Assembly: GCA_963830365.1 (NCBI GenBank)
Contig: CAWHMU010000034.1
Span: forward strand, 1-54,155
Length of the DNA stretch: 54,155 nt
Source of the DNA: an uncultured Chlamydiae bacterium
GTDB taxonomy: Bacteria; Chlamydiota; Chlamydiia; Chlamydiales; Parachlamydiaceae
Direction of reading: 5' to 3'
In this document: piece after piece, positions 38,150 to 49,732 of the stretch
Numbering within the stretch: position 1 is the first letter of the stretch
How the letters are laid out: each line of letters starts with the position of its first letter
Notes under the pieces: generated by a model
Seen by the model: the letters and a program-made list of their open reading frames with translations, nothing else
The model's database searches: none
Told to the model about the DNA's origin: nothing
Translations under genes and position numbers: made by a program

Positions 38150-40944
38150 TTAAAATTCAAAAAATGCTTCATAAAAATCTTCAAAACGATTTTCCTCATT
38201 GAGGATCGTCTGCGAATTACAATTACATGGCGGTGTGCCGGGCAGGAAAAATGTCTGCGTATCGACAAAATTGTCGAACTGCTGCCCTACGGCGGCATTG
38301 AAATTAAAACCGCTATTGGCATATGGCCAGTTGGGCGTGTTGTAGTAGAGATTGCCGGCCGTAGCTGTCATGGCCAGATTGGTGGAACAAAATTCGACTA
38401 GCGTTGAAAATCCCTGCGTATCTGATACACTGAGGGCACCGCTAAAACTTGCATTCGTGCTCAAAACGGCATTCGCATACGTCAGTGTGGCCAACCAGCC
38501 GTTGAAATCTTCGGCCAGGCTTTCCTGATTTCGTCCGGCGGCATAAGGCGCCAGCGCCAGGCCGTTGGCCGTGCTATGCCCTTCCCACATATTGCCGTGG
38601 CGGTTGTATGGAAGACTGCCATCATTAGGATCCGGATTACGCGTATCCCTCCACAATATATCGATGAATGACTTCAGCTTAAACGGCCCCATGCCGGAAC
38701 CGCTGGTAAATGTCGTCGCTATCCATGGCACGCTCTCGGCATTCGGTGCAATCGGACCGTAGATATTATCCCACTGCATCACCAGGGCCGCCGCCCCCAG
38801 CCAATAGCCGTAAGCGAAATGATGGTCGTTATAAAACGCATTGCCAAAATCCTGACCCGCAGCCACACTGTTAGAGCCGGCAAGCATCCCGCGGATCGAA
38901 TAGCACACGCCGCCACCGCCGACGGTATTATCCCCGATAAAGAAGTTCTGCACAAAAGGCGATGGAAATCCACCGCCCTGCTGCGCTCTAAGTGTAGTCT
39001 GGATATTGATCAGCCAGTCCTCAATAACCCCCTGAATGGCATTGATAGTGGGCTGCGTCGCCGTCTTGATCGCCGCCGGCGTCATCCCCTGCTGCTGCAT
39101 CAGTGCGGCGCCATAAAGTATCGTTTCGGCCGCCTGGTATAGCACCTTGCCATTGCCATACCCGTCCGGAATGGCTGAAATGGCGGTGATGTTGCCTGCC
39201 AAGGCCTGGTTGGCAAGAGCCTGATTTAAATACTTCACCAATATCGTCTGCTGGGCACGGCCGATGCGCGTCCAGAAATCGCTTGGAAAAAACTGCGTCG
39301 TCAGAAAACCAGGCAGCACCCCTTCTTGGAAAAATGCCTGGTTGCCGCTGGCAGCCGTGGCATAAAGAGGACCTTTAATCGGATCTTGCACCAGGAAACC
39401 TGCCACAGCCGTTGAAGGGCTCATCAAGGTCTTGTAGCCGGGGAAGATGATCAGCGGCTGTGCCTGCCCCGACCCCTGCCGGATGATCGTCGCATATGTC
39501 CAGTGATAGGTGTTGCTGCCGAAGGCAACCTCTGTACTGGTAGGCACCACATCGCGATAGCTGTCATAAGCGCTTTCAATCGTCTGGGCTGTGGCCGTGA
39601 TGCCATAACTTGGAAATTGACGCTGCGCCGACTGATACGTGGCTATATCGGTTTCATAATTGGTAGCCAGCAGCATGTACAGATAGGATAAAAATGGATT
39701 GGTGCCGCCGTCGAATGGATATGGATGATTTGCCGGCGGCGGAATATCAGCCATCAGATCATAGAAGTAGTTGGAGGCCGTGGCGAAATCGGTGCAGGCC
39801 ACCAAAGGCAGGTAGATGGACAGCCAGGGACACCATGGCAGATCGATCTGGTTAGTGAAATTGTATTCGATCTTCGTCTTGGCGCCAGCCGTAAAAGCCA
39901 CCGGCCACAACATAAACATCCCGGCCGGCGAAGTGGCTATCGTCTGGATGCCAAGCGCCGTCGACCAATCAGCCACCTCCGTCGCCACCTTAGCCGGCTG
40001 CGGGGAGAAGGGCACAGCCGAAGGCTGCACGATGCCAAGCCGCACAAAGCCATTGAAGGCGCTTTGCGCCGTCAGGATATTGGCGCCGGAACCGTTGTAA
40101 TTGGCCGAAAAGACAAGCTCCGGCAGCGTCGGCGTGACCGCATCCGGCGGCTGCAGGTAGATCAGCCAGGTTTGGGTCTGGTTGGTGGAAGTATTCAGCA
40201 CCGTCACCCGAAACTTATGCCCTGAAGGCAAGATGAATCCGTTCGGGGGAGTCTGGATAGGAGAGTCTGGCCGCCGGGATTTGCCGCACTGAAGACCGTC
40301 ACCTCAGTCAAATGCGTGAAGCCATCGGCCCAGATCACCGGCGTAAGGCCATTATATAAGATATCATGGAAGGCATTGCCGATGACATTGTAGTCTTTGA
40401 TGTACTGCCCTGCATTGGATGGATTGGCATACAGCAGCTGCGCCGTCTGCCTCGTTGCAGATTGCCCCATATCGGCGGTCAAAGTAAAGCTCGTCGTCTC
40501 ATTGGCCGTAAACACCAACAAGCTGGTGGTGTTGTTGGTGGTGATGTTTAGCGCCGGATTGGCCGGATTATTGACCGGATCGTTGCAGTATTGCAAGGCA
40601 GGGAATGTCACCCCCGGCCCGCCCGGCCATTCAGCCGATGCCGTGGCATTCTGGCTGATCAAAAATGCCCCCATGCGGGTGATTGATCTTGCCGTGGCAT
40701 AGTTCTGGTAGTTGAGCTGCAGATTTTGAAAGTCGTTGGTGCGCAAGGTGGACTGGGCAATATCCATGTTGGCGGACGGCTGCAACGAGGACACCGTATT
40801 GCTGACAGCCCCAAACTGGGCGAGCGTTAGCGTGTTATCAAACAGCGGCGGCACGCTTTCAATTTGCGCTTGCACGAGCAAAAGGCCCAACAGGCTCGCG
40901 ATCCCGCGAGAAAGGTTTTTGAAGCATATAAATCTGGCAGGCAT
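38150..40944 (-). pseudogene. Secreted GH81 endo-1,3-beta-glucanase-like gene split by one frameshift near 40260 (ORFs 40204-40944 and 38150-40231)
   Basis: DFGNAFYNDHHFAYGYWLGAAA and GHSTANGL..GRNQESLAED match GH81 catalytic motifs. The upstream ORF has the signal peptide, and the two frames overlap without stops over ~40204-40300. Confidence 0.75.
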
Positions 40945-41055
40945 ATCTTAACCGTCTGGTTGTGGATCTAGATTAGGAGAGAAATCAAAAATAAATGTTA
41001 ACTAAGATGTAACGTTTTATAAAATTTTGGTGAACATCTATTTTTAATATCTGAA

Positions 41056-41255
41056 CCGGTTGACGCTCAAAAATTGGTGGCGGCTTGCGTCATGGCGTTT
41101 CCTCCCCGTCTCGGCGTTTTAATCAGATTCACAAGGCAATTGACCAAGTACAATGAGGCAAGCTTTCTTGCAATGCCGCCTTCTAGAAAATCCAACGCAG
41201 AGACGAGGAGGAAACGCGACGATACATGGAACCATAATTTTTGGACGTCAGCCGG
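41056..41255. repeat. Imperfect 200-bp intergenic palindrome (family H)
   Basis: CCGGTTGACGCTCAAAAATT..GCGTTTCCTCCCCGTCTC versus GAGACGAGGAGGAAACGC..AATTTTTGGACGTCAGCCGG. Confidence 0.7.
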
Positions 41256-41495
41256 ATAGCCATGAAAAAACAACATGATGTTCAAGGATCGTGGTCGATC
41301 ATATCGATCCCAATCCTATGCCAAACTACGCCCTATGTGCCAGCCACAAAGGCAACACAGGAGACCTCAGCTTATCCATAAAGCGGCAATTTCGCCACTT
41401 GCATGACTTGACGAGCAGGTTTGACGACATGCGTAAATTTTTCAGCATAGACGCCGTTCATGCCTTTGAAATCCATGATATCTTTCAAATAGACT

Positions 41496-43241
41496 TCAGC
41501 CACCGCCGGCGGTGCGCCTGGAATCGGCATACCTCAACACCTTGTCGACAAATGCATCGCGGCTATTTTTCTCCGTACTGCGGCTTACTTGAACCGCGAT
41601 CGGACCGAATGAAACACCGCCTGAGCCAAGATGTGTGGTACAGCGCGCATTGTCCACCTTGCGCTGATTGCAATATAGCTGACCCAGCGTCGGGAAGCCG
41701 TCATACGCCACCGCACGCCTGCCTACCCAACGCTCTGCCAGCCCCTTATCTTCCAAAACCTTTAAGTCGGCCGTACCAAGCTCCTTGCCGGCGGTATTGT
41801 ATCCCAAGGCCCATGACATACATTCTGGCAATACATTGTTAACCATGTTAAGCTGTACCAGGTTTCTATTCCTGGCAAAAGTCTCATCTTTATTCGGCAG
41901 GCGGTCGCCATAAAAGGCTTTGGTCCCCGCCACACTGATATTGATTTCCCCTTCATTGAATCTGGCCTGCCAGGCAAGCACGATGCCTTCATTATGCACT
42001 TCCATGCAGTGTGAAAAGTTCTTATATTTGTCTGCCTGTGCGGCTGACATAGGGACATTCAGCAATAACGATGGGCCGGCAAAGGCCGCACAAGACGGTT
42101 CATCAAAGCTCAAAGCCTTGAGTGTCCCCACAGCTTCGCCTGGACAAAATATGTAGCGTGCATCTGCATACCCGTCGTCACCCTTGATAGAGCCATCGGC
42201 AAATTTCAAACCGCTGATACGCAAACTATCCGCTTTATCATTAAACTCTAAACCTGTCACCTCGCTATTGAAGTTTATGCTGAAGCAGTCTTCAGTATGG
42301 CCGGATGCACTTTTGTATTGCCCCATCACCTTCTTAAGGTAAGCATAAAGCTTGGGCAAGAACATCCGCGCATCGATGCAGCCGCCTGGCCGCCATAACG
42401 CCACGCTATCATCGTTCCAACGGCGTGTCATGGCGCTGTCAGCCACTGAATGGGCTTGGACAAAGTCTGCTAGATATGGATCGATACCCGTCACTTCAGC
42501 GGGGGACAAAATCTGGCAGTGTTTATAACCTAATTTTTCATAACTAGCCAGCATGCTGCCTGCATGCTTTTCAGCCTCAGGAATGCCATAGATCAAATCG
42601 ATGCGATATCCGTCATGCAAAGATCTAATTTCTCCATTTCTCGGCTCGCGGCAAGGGTTGAAATTCGAGGCCTCCAGAACACCTTTAAGTTCTGCATCGC
42701 CCTCATCATACATTTGCTGCCATGCTTCCATACTCATTTTGCCCATCGCCAACAGTGTTTGCACGCGGTCGCCGTGGTCTTTATCCCTTCCATAGATGAC
42801 GACGGCATCTTTAAAGCTGATAGCCGCCTCTGAATCATTAACCCCTGCCACATCGTCTACGCGTATGCCGCCCGGACTGCTAAATGGGATGGCTAGCTTG
42901 TCGACCATGGCAGAACCTAATGGCACCACACTTAATATCTCATCAATGGTTAGGCTGGGTGCGATATTGTACGCCGTATTGGTCGAAGGTATAACAGCAG
43001 CCGAGGGGGGTGTTGAAAACGGCTCGCCTTTCTCATACACCCTGATGCAGAGTTCCATGCCCTCTCTTTGAGCAGCGCGGTAAGCGTAATAAGATTCCAG
43101 CGCGCCGATAATGCCGCCGCCCACAATGCTTACTTTATGGCTCGGTGGAGAATCAGTTACTGGATTTGCCTGCGCCATTCCTGCCGAAATAAAACTCAAG
43201 CTAAGCAAGCTCATGAGCACCAAAGATATAAACTTGTTCAT
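41496..43241 (-). CDS. FAD-dependent oxidoreductase (DAO-like fold) with signal peptide
   Basis: MNKFISLVLMSLL..AQA signal; VSIVGGGIIG..VYEK; C-terminal VGRRAVAYDGFPTLG..THLGSGGVSFGP. Confidence 0.8.
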   Translation of the reverse strand: MNKFISLVLMSLLSLSFISAGMAQANPVTDSPPSHKVSIVGGGIIGALESYYAYRAAQREGMELCIRVYEKGEPFSTPPSAAVIPSTNTAYNIAPSLTIDEILSVVPLGSAMVDKLAIPFSSPGGIRVDDVAGVNDSEAAISFKDAVVIYGRDKDHGDRVQTLLAMGKMSMEAWQQMYDEGDAELKGVLEASNFNPCREPRNGEIRSLHDGYRIDLIYGIPEAEKHAGSMLASYEKLGYKHCQILSPAEVTGIDPYLADFVQAHSVADSAMTRRWNDDSVALWRPGGCIDARMFLPKLYAYLKKVMGQYKSASGHTEDCFSINFNSEVTGLEFNDKADSLRISGLKFADGSIKGDDGYADARYIFCPGEAVGTLKALSFDEPSCAAFAGPSLLLNVPMSAAQADKYKNFSHCMEVHNEGIVLAWQARFNEGEINISVAGTKAFYGDRLPNKDETFARNRNLVQLNMVNNVLPECMSWALGYNTAGKELGTADLKVLEDKGLAERWVGRRAVAYDGFPTLGQLYCNQRKVDNARCTTHLGSGGVSFGPIAVQVSRSTEKNSRDAFVDKVLRYADSRRTAGGG

Positions 43242-43823
43242 AATGTGTCCCATTTATATATGTCTTATGTATGTATGCCCTGCCGAGCTCTATTTATTTA
43301 CAGCCTACACAGGAGGCTAATTCCATAAATAGCTGATGAATATAACCAAAGCATTTCACTGCGAAAATCAGAAGAAAAATGTAGGCAATATTGCCTGGAC
43401 GAATATTAATGTCCTATGCTGCCGGGAAAACAAAAATCGTCTCAAGTGAATCAATCTAGAAAAAAAATTTAATTATACTGTATGAATTTTAACAAATCAA
43501 GAATTTTTGAATGAACGCAACGCATTTAGAGGGCAGTGACAACAGTCTCCAATCAAAGCGACAGCATCATGACCATACTGCAAGCTTCCATTTCCTTCAA
43601 TTTATTTTATCCTGACCATCCTGCCATATCCTGTTCTTTCATTTTGCTGCCAGTTCCCTTTGCGCCTTTTGGCTGTACTTTGCGTTTAATTTTACTCCAT
43701 TAACGGCACTTTGCCTAAAGCAACGAAAAACAAGCGATTGAAATTGGCATCCATATCCACATATATTTTTTCTATTTTGACGACATCGGGTTGATACCTG
43801 TGACGGCATGCTTAAGTAATTAC

Positions 43824-43850
43824 GATTGGGGTCGGATCCTGACCCCAATC
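43824..43850. terminator. Hairpin just downstream of the FkbM gene (terminator or REP-like)
   Basis: GATTGGGGTC-GGATCCT-GACCCCAATC, 9 nt past the stop; U-tract is weak. Confidence 0.4.
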
Positions 43851-43859
43851 TTCCATTTA

Positions 43860-44810
43860 TTATTGTTCCCAGTCAGCACCCATAGGCAGCGCTAAATAGT
43901 CATTAGGGGATGGCAGGGCATATAACTCATACCCCAAAGCATGCAGCCTGTCTATTGAGGCTTGCTGCATCTCTTTCGTATTTTCCGCCAGGCGTTCGGC
44001 GCGCAGCGAATTCCCCTGGATTTCAATGATGATGACCGGCCGGTTTCGCTTAATCGTCTCAAACGCACCATCGAGCACATCGGCTTCGACATTCTCAACA
44101 TCGATTTTTATAAGGGAAACATTATGCAACTCAAATAGATCCAATGGCAGGATCGGCACGAGATTTTCCTCGCCGGCACCGGGCATGACATAGGCCCCGC
44201 CCTCATTGTTGAACTGAGCCGGCACGACCTGCACCAGGCTTGATATTTTTCCCAAAGCACACTTTAAAGGGATGACGTTTTGACATCCGTTAAGGGCCAG
44301 ATTGAAGCAAAGCTCGCGAAAGATCTTTTTGTTCGGATCAAAGGCCAATACATGGCCGCCAGCCCCCACGCTATCAGACATGGTTAGCGTATGGGAACCG
44401 ATGTGGGCGCCGATATCCAAGGCCGTCGTGCCCGGCAGGGCATATTGCTTGATAAGTTCTGCGATATGGGGTTCCCAAGGTTTTTGGCATCTTAATTCAC
44501 TTTTAATCGTGTCGGGGATGTAATCGATAAAAAATCTACCCAGCACCGGCACATCCGTAATCGGGTAATTTGAAAATGGAAAGTCCAGCATGTATTGTCC
44601 ATCGCCATATGACCGAAACGGATTATTAGCACTCTCAAGCGTCGGCCTGAGCAATCGCAAACCTTTCCTATATAGTTTTAGGGCACTTTCAAGGACTGAC
44701 TCTTCCGATCCTAGAGCGGTGGCGGCCTCGGCCGAAAGTGTCGCCGGGCAGGCCATGATCAAGGCCACGAAAAGCACTGAAGATATAGCTGAAATGAGAT
44801 ATTTTATCAT
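43860..44810 (-). CDS. FkbM family methyltransferase
   Basis: ALDIGAHIGSHT, VLAFDPN, LIKIDVENVE..VLDGA..TIKRNRPVIIIE. Confidence 0.9.
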   Translation of the reverse strand: MIKYLISAISSVLFVALIMACPATLSAEAATALGSEESVLESALKLYRKGLRLLRPTLESANNPFRSYGDGQYMLDFPFSNYPITDVPVLGRFFIDYIPDTIKSELRCQKPWEPHIAELIKQYALPGTTALDIGAHIGSHTLTMSDSVGAGGHVLAFDPNKKIFRELCFNLALNGCQNVIPLKCALGKISSLVQVVPAQFNNEGGAYVMPGAGEENLVPILPLDLFELHNVSLIKIDVENVEADVLDGAFETIKRNRPVIIIEIQGNSLRAERLAENTKEMQQASIDRLHALGYELYALPSPNDYLALPMGADWEQ

Positions 44811-44980
44811 AATTCACCCCATAAATGATCGAGAGAATGCAGCTTTGCATACCGTTATTAATTTTTGCAAGGATCTTCCGGCGACGGCTTTTCTCCCTTG
44901 ATATTAATGAAAGAAGTTTATAGAACTGACTTCCCTTCAGGTTGCGACCTGGAAATTAAACACATTTTTTGGGGTGCGCC

Positions 44981-45724
44981 GTGAAATCACTGTTCTTTTT
45001 TTGCTGCTTTTCAGTCGTCTGTTTCTTGGCAGAAGGTCTGGAACAAAAGCCGGCCCACCAGCCTATGACCACAAGCATCATCGTGCCCTGCCATTACAAA
45101 CACTTTAAAATGATTCCCGACCTGCTAGGCTATTATGAAAAACAAAGCGTCCTGCCCGACGAAGTGGTGATAGCCCTTACCATGGACCAGACTGATATGA
45201 TCGCGCAGGAAGCTGTTAAAAACGTGTTGGACACAGATTGGCTGTTCAACGTAAAAATCGTCTACGATGACGGCGAATTCCCGGGCATTGCGCGCAATCG
45301 TGCTTGTGCCTGCAGCGTAGGAAATTTATTGATCTGCCAGGACGCCGACGATATCCCTCACCCTAGAAGGACGGAATTCATAAAGTCGGTTTTTGAAAAT
45401 TATGAAGCGGACCTGCTCATCCATCGCTGGTTGCAAAGGAGCCAAGATTTTGATGCCTATACCGATGTCGACGCCCCCCAAAGAGCGCAATACTTTAATG
45501 GCTATGATGACATCACGGCATGGGACTTCATCCACAATGGCAACATCGCCCTTACGCGGGAAGTCTTCGAGCAGGTAAAATGGCCCTCTATTTCTTTTTG
45601 CGAAGATGTCAGGTTTAACCAGGCGGTATTTGAAAAATTCAAATACAAGGTGGGATTGGATTTGTATTTAATGATTTATCAGTGGGAACTTTCCTCCTAT
45701 AAGGATCGCGACTTCCCCAGATAG
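44981..45724 (+). CDS. Glycosyltransferase family 2 / GT-A protein
   Basis: SIIVPC, PGIARNRAC, ICQDADD (DxD) and CEDVRF; probable GTG start. Confidence 0.85.
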   Translation: MKSLFFFCCFSVVCFLAEGLEQKPAHQPMTTSIIVPCHYKHFKMIPDLLGYYEKQSVLPDEVVIALTMDQTDMIAQEAVKNVLDTDWLFNVKIVYDDGEFPGIARNRACACSVGNLLICQDADDIPHPRRTEFIKSVFENYEADLLIHRWLQRSQDFDAYTDVDAPQRAQYFNGYDDITAWDFIHNGNIALTREVFEQVKWPSISFCEDVRFNQAVFEKFKYKVGLDLYLMIYQWELSSYKDRDFPR

Positions 45725-45852
45725 CACACCTCAAAACTGCATACATTTGGTCGCGACTTCGGACGGCCGCAAACAGCGGCGGCCGCATGAGCCACAGGCG
45801 TTAGCCTATGGCGTGAAGGATAGACCAATCCCTTTCACCCCCAAAATAATTA

Positions 45853-46225
45853 GGTTCATCGCACAATCGCGTACCTGTCTGAGAGGATTCGTTAAAAAGA
45901 CTTAATAATGGCTGGTTGGAAAACGAGAATTAACAATATATTTGTGTGGTTCTCTTTGAAACAAATCGACATTCTAGCACAGAAGATCTAGTTAGCCTCG
46001 ATAGAGGCGGAAGCATGTAGCCATAGGTGTCAACCTATGGAATGAAATGTAGCAAAAAGTGAGCCGTGAATACGGCGACAGCAACTTCGAGGGAGGTTGA
46101 ATTAAATGCGATTATTATACCATATAATATCCTTTAGTCATTGCTGTCGCCGTATTCACGGCTTTGTTTCTAAACATGTGATGACCACACGCTGACGCAT
46201 GTGGCTAGATGCTTCCGCCTCTATC
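45853..46225. mobile_element. ISL3-ended MITE-A copy 4 (left part, up to MITE-B)
   Basis: Starts GGTTCATCGCACAATCGCGTACCT; interior matches copy 3; right part absent. Confidence 0.85.
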
Positions 46226-46817
46226 GTGACAATTGCATAAGTGACAATAAATTTGTTTATAACATAAATTTATTGCCTTTTTCCTAAAAAAACACGGATT
46301 TTTGGGAAAGGTTCAAAAGCAGGTAATACTCAAAAAATTTAAGATGATGGTAGGATGCCAGGAAACATCTTTTTTGCCCTTTTTCTCTCATTATGTAGCC
46401 CACACCAAGGCGGAGGAACGGAGCCGCAGGTGTGGGAAAAAATTGTAAGTGATTAACCAGGGACTGGTTCTTCTTTTTATCTTTGGTCGAGATTAAACTT
46501 AAAGCCTTTTGAATCAAGGGCAAAAAAAAGAAGAACCAGTCCCTGGTTAGTTTATAATTCTCATTATACCCACACCTGCGGCTTCGTTCCTCCGCCTTGG
46601 TGTGGGCTACATAATGAGAGAAAAAGGGCAAAAAAGATGTTTCTTGGCCATTCTACAATCTTGTTTTTTCGTTAGTGTAACCGACATTTCTCTTTTTTTA
46701 AACCATGCCGATTTTTGAGTATTTTGAGTGTTCTAGGATAGATTCTTTTCGATCCCGGATATGATTGGCTTCCAAAGAATCGCTGTATAACACACAAAAC
46801 ACTTATGCAATTGCCTC
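46226..46817. mobile_element. MITE-B copy 2 (592 bp)
   Basis: Near-identical to 4325-4916; preceded by GCCTC-TATC; no right-hand TSD. Confidence 0.9.
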
Positions 46818-48608
46818 GTAGGGGTTCTTCTCTTTAGATACTTCCACCTTAATAGATTATAAAGAGAAGAACCCCTAGGGGGTAGAGCACTTTTCTTGCT
46901 GTCCCGTAGCTGCGGCTGCATTCGCTGCGCTCGCAAGCCTTAGCTGACGGGCTTCCGAGTAACAATAGGTTGAATGCTTACGAAACTTATGCCTGCGTTA
47001 TTGGTGGATATTTCATCATTTCTCCTGCTTTTGGAGTCGAAAGGCATTAATCATTAAAAAGGCGGAGGAAAGAACATAATGCCAGGCGATCTTCCGAACG
47101 GGATAGCTATGCTTCCCAATGATATTATCGCGATTCTTTCCGACCAAGCTACAAAACGGGCATTCAGCACCAGTGCTCGATGGGTCAATTTTTTCCACGA
47201 ATTTTTGATTACCGCTATTCAACCGGTCTTACTTTTTTTGTCTTTTTTACGCCGCTACGGCAACTAGTTTATAACCTAATTTTTCAGCTTTTTTATGCAA
47301 CCCAGCCAAGTTTTTCATTGCATGCATTTTTTCATTATATTCGGCTCCTTTTTCATAATATTGCCAGCCTTCCTTACACATGTGATATACCATTGTCGCT
47401 AGCTTATGCGCTCCAGCCTTAATCCCTTTAGAGTTGTCCGTTCGGCCGCATATGCGCCTGATATGTGCTCCCAATGCTGCATCTGATTTTTTAGCTGCCA
47501 CTGCAGACATTCTTAAAGCTTGTGAAATGTAATTGGCGCTTGGTTTTTGCCTTTTGCTTTTACGTCGTTTGCCTCCTGAAACATTGTTGCCGGGGGACAG
47601 TTTCAACCAGGAAGAAAATGCTTTTTCGCTATTCCATGCACTTACGTCAGTCCCTCCAAGTTCTGAATAAATGAGTAGAGCAGTACTATCTGCTATACCT
47701 GGCAGGGCAGTTAGGTCTATTCCCGTTTTTCTCCAGAGAGTGTCTCTGACACCAAAACAAAGATCATTTTTCTTAGGTTTTTTGAATTGAGAAAACTGAG
47801 GACGCTTTTTTTTATCCTTATGGTTCTCTGGTGGAGGCGTATTGACTACATCAGGAAATCGCTCAAGCTCCTTCTGAATGCATTCGTCACATGCGTCCAG
47901 CTGTTTATGTGCAAAATCGTATTGATCTAGGGCTTGCTTTAGCGAAAAAATATGTTCATCTTGATAATTCCCTGTCAGGGCTGCTACAAATAGGCTCTCT
48001 TCTTTTTTGCAAAGCTTATTCCTCATTGCAGCTAACTTATATGGATCTCTTTCACCGGCTGCTATTGCTCGTGTTATATTTAATCCGGAGACTCCCGCTA
48101 TATCGCTTACAGCGGTGCTCAGCTTGATATTCATTAACTGCAAGGCTTTTTCCATATGCAGAAGTGCATATTGCTTCGTTTTGATGACATTCATGCGCTG
48201 TCTTACATACGCCCGCAATTTTAAACGATCGCGTGGTGGGCGATAAGCAGCTCTTAATAGACCACTAGAATATAATGTTTGGATCCATTGAGCATCCACC
48301 ACATCAGTTTTTCTGCCTGGTGGATTTTTTACATTTTTAGCATCGACTAAGACAGGCATCAAGCCTGATTCTTCCATAATTTCATATAGGGGAATCCAAT
48401 AAACACCCGTAGCTTCCATAACACCAATTTCTACTTTAGCCTCTTTAAGAACTTTGACTATTTCACGGAGTTGAGGTGTCGTTGTACCAAATTCCCTCAC
48501 GTAAGAACCACCTTTACCATCAGGAATAGCTACATGGATTAGCTATAATGGTCCCGGAAATTTGGACAATGGTCTAAGCTAATACCCTCTTTAAGAAAAG
48601 AGGTGAAA

Positions 48609-48902
48609 ATGAGCCGAACAAGAAAAAAATATCCCCCAGAATTTAAAGTCAAAGCCGTGCTTGAGATTTTGAAGGGAGAAAAGACTGCAAGTCAATTATC
48701 CGGTGAACTGGGAGTGCATCCTATCGTGTTGTCGGAGTGGAAAAAACACTTTTTATCAACTGCCACAACTGTATTTGAAAAACCGAGCAAGATGACTGGG
48801 ACAGCACAGGAAGTTAAAGAAAAGGCAGAACTTTTCGAGCAAATCGGACGTCTTAAAATGGAGGTGGAGTGGCTTAAAAAAAAGTTAGGATGTTTGACTT
48901 AA
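48609..48902 (+). CDS. IS3 transposase OrfA (HTH)
   Basis: RKKYPPEFKVKAVLE..WKK..QIGRLKMEVEWLKKK; A8G slippery site at 48876-48884. Confidence 0.9.
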   Translation: MSRTRKKYPPEFKVKAVLEILKGEKTASQLSGELGVHPIVLSEWKKHFLSTATTVFEKPSKMTGTAQEVKEKAELFEQIGRLKMEVEWLKKKLGCLT

Positions 48903-49732
48903 ATTCTCGACGACTTCTAATAGAGCCAGATCATAAGAAGTTGTCGCTATCAAGTCAGTGTCATTTGCTTGGAATGTCACGATCTGGGTTGTATTATAAG
49001 GCCAAACAGCCCAACGAGGAAGATTTGGCACTCATGCGGGCTATTGATGAACAATATCTTCAAACTCCCTTCTATGGAAGAAGACGGATGACGATAGCAA
49101 TGAGAGCTCAAGGTTTTTTTGTAGGAGGAAAAAGGATTCGAACGGCGATGCAGACAATGGGTTTAGAAGCAATCTATCCCAAGCCCAATCTGAGTGCGGC
49201 AAATAAGGAGCATAAAAAGTTTCCTTACCTACTAAGAGGGATTGTAGTAGATAAACCCGACTTGGCATGGGCTGCAGATATCACCTACGTTCCTTTGTTG
49301 AAAGGATTTGGATACCTTTTTGCGATCATCGATTGGTTTAGCAGGTATGTGATCGAATGGGAACTTTCGAATCTGCTGGATGCGGAATTTTGCATTAATG
49401 CATTAGAAAGAGGGCTTTCTCGAGCTAGTCCTGAGATATTCAACACAGACCAAGGAGTTCAATTCACCTGCTGTTGGTTTGTAGAGAGATTAGAAGCAGG
49501 CGGAGTCAGAATCAGTATGGATGGAAAAGGCAGAGCCCTTGATAATGTGTTTATTGAAAGGCTCTGGAGAAGCGTGAAGTATGAAGAGATTTATCCAAAA
49601 GGGTATGAAAGCTTAAAAGATGTCCGTAATGGACTTAAGAGTTATTTTAAGTTTTACAACGAGAGCAGGCCACACCAAGGACTGGGTTATAAAACGCCTG
49701 CGGAGGTGTATTTTTCTAGGCAGAGCCTTTAG
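48890..49732 (+). CDS. IS3 transposase OrfB (DDE integrase core)
   Basis: WAADITY, IIDWFSRY, NTDQGVQF, DNVFIERLWRSVKYE, YN..RPHQGL. Confidence 0.93.
   Translation: MFDLNSRRLLIEPDHKKLSLSSQCHLLGMSRSGLYYKAKQPNEEDLALMRAIDEQYLQTPFYGRRRMTIAMRAQGFFVGGKRIRTAMQTMGLEAIYPKPNLSAANKEHKKFPYLLRGIVVDKPDLAWAADITYVPLLKGFGYLFAIIDWFSRYVIEWELSNLLDAEFCINALERGLSRASPEIFNTDQGVQFTCCWFVERLEAGGVRISMDGKGRALDNVFIERLWRSVKYEEIYPKGYESLKDVRNGLKSYFKFYNESRPHQGLGYKTPAEVYFSRQSL

Noticed and set aside
38143..38268. Longer start for the beta-barrel ORF
   Set aside because: It overlaps the GH81 3' end; ATG 38142 gives a clean signal peptide.
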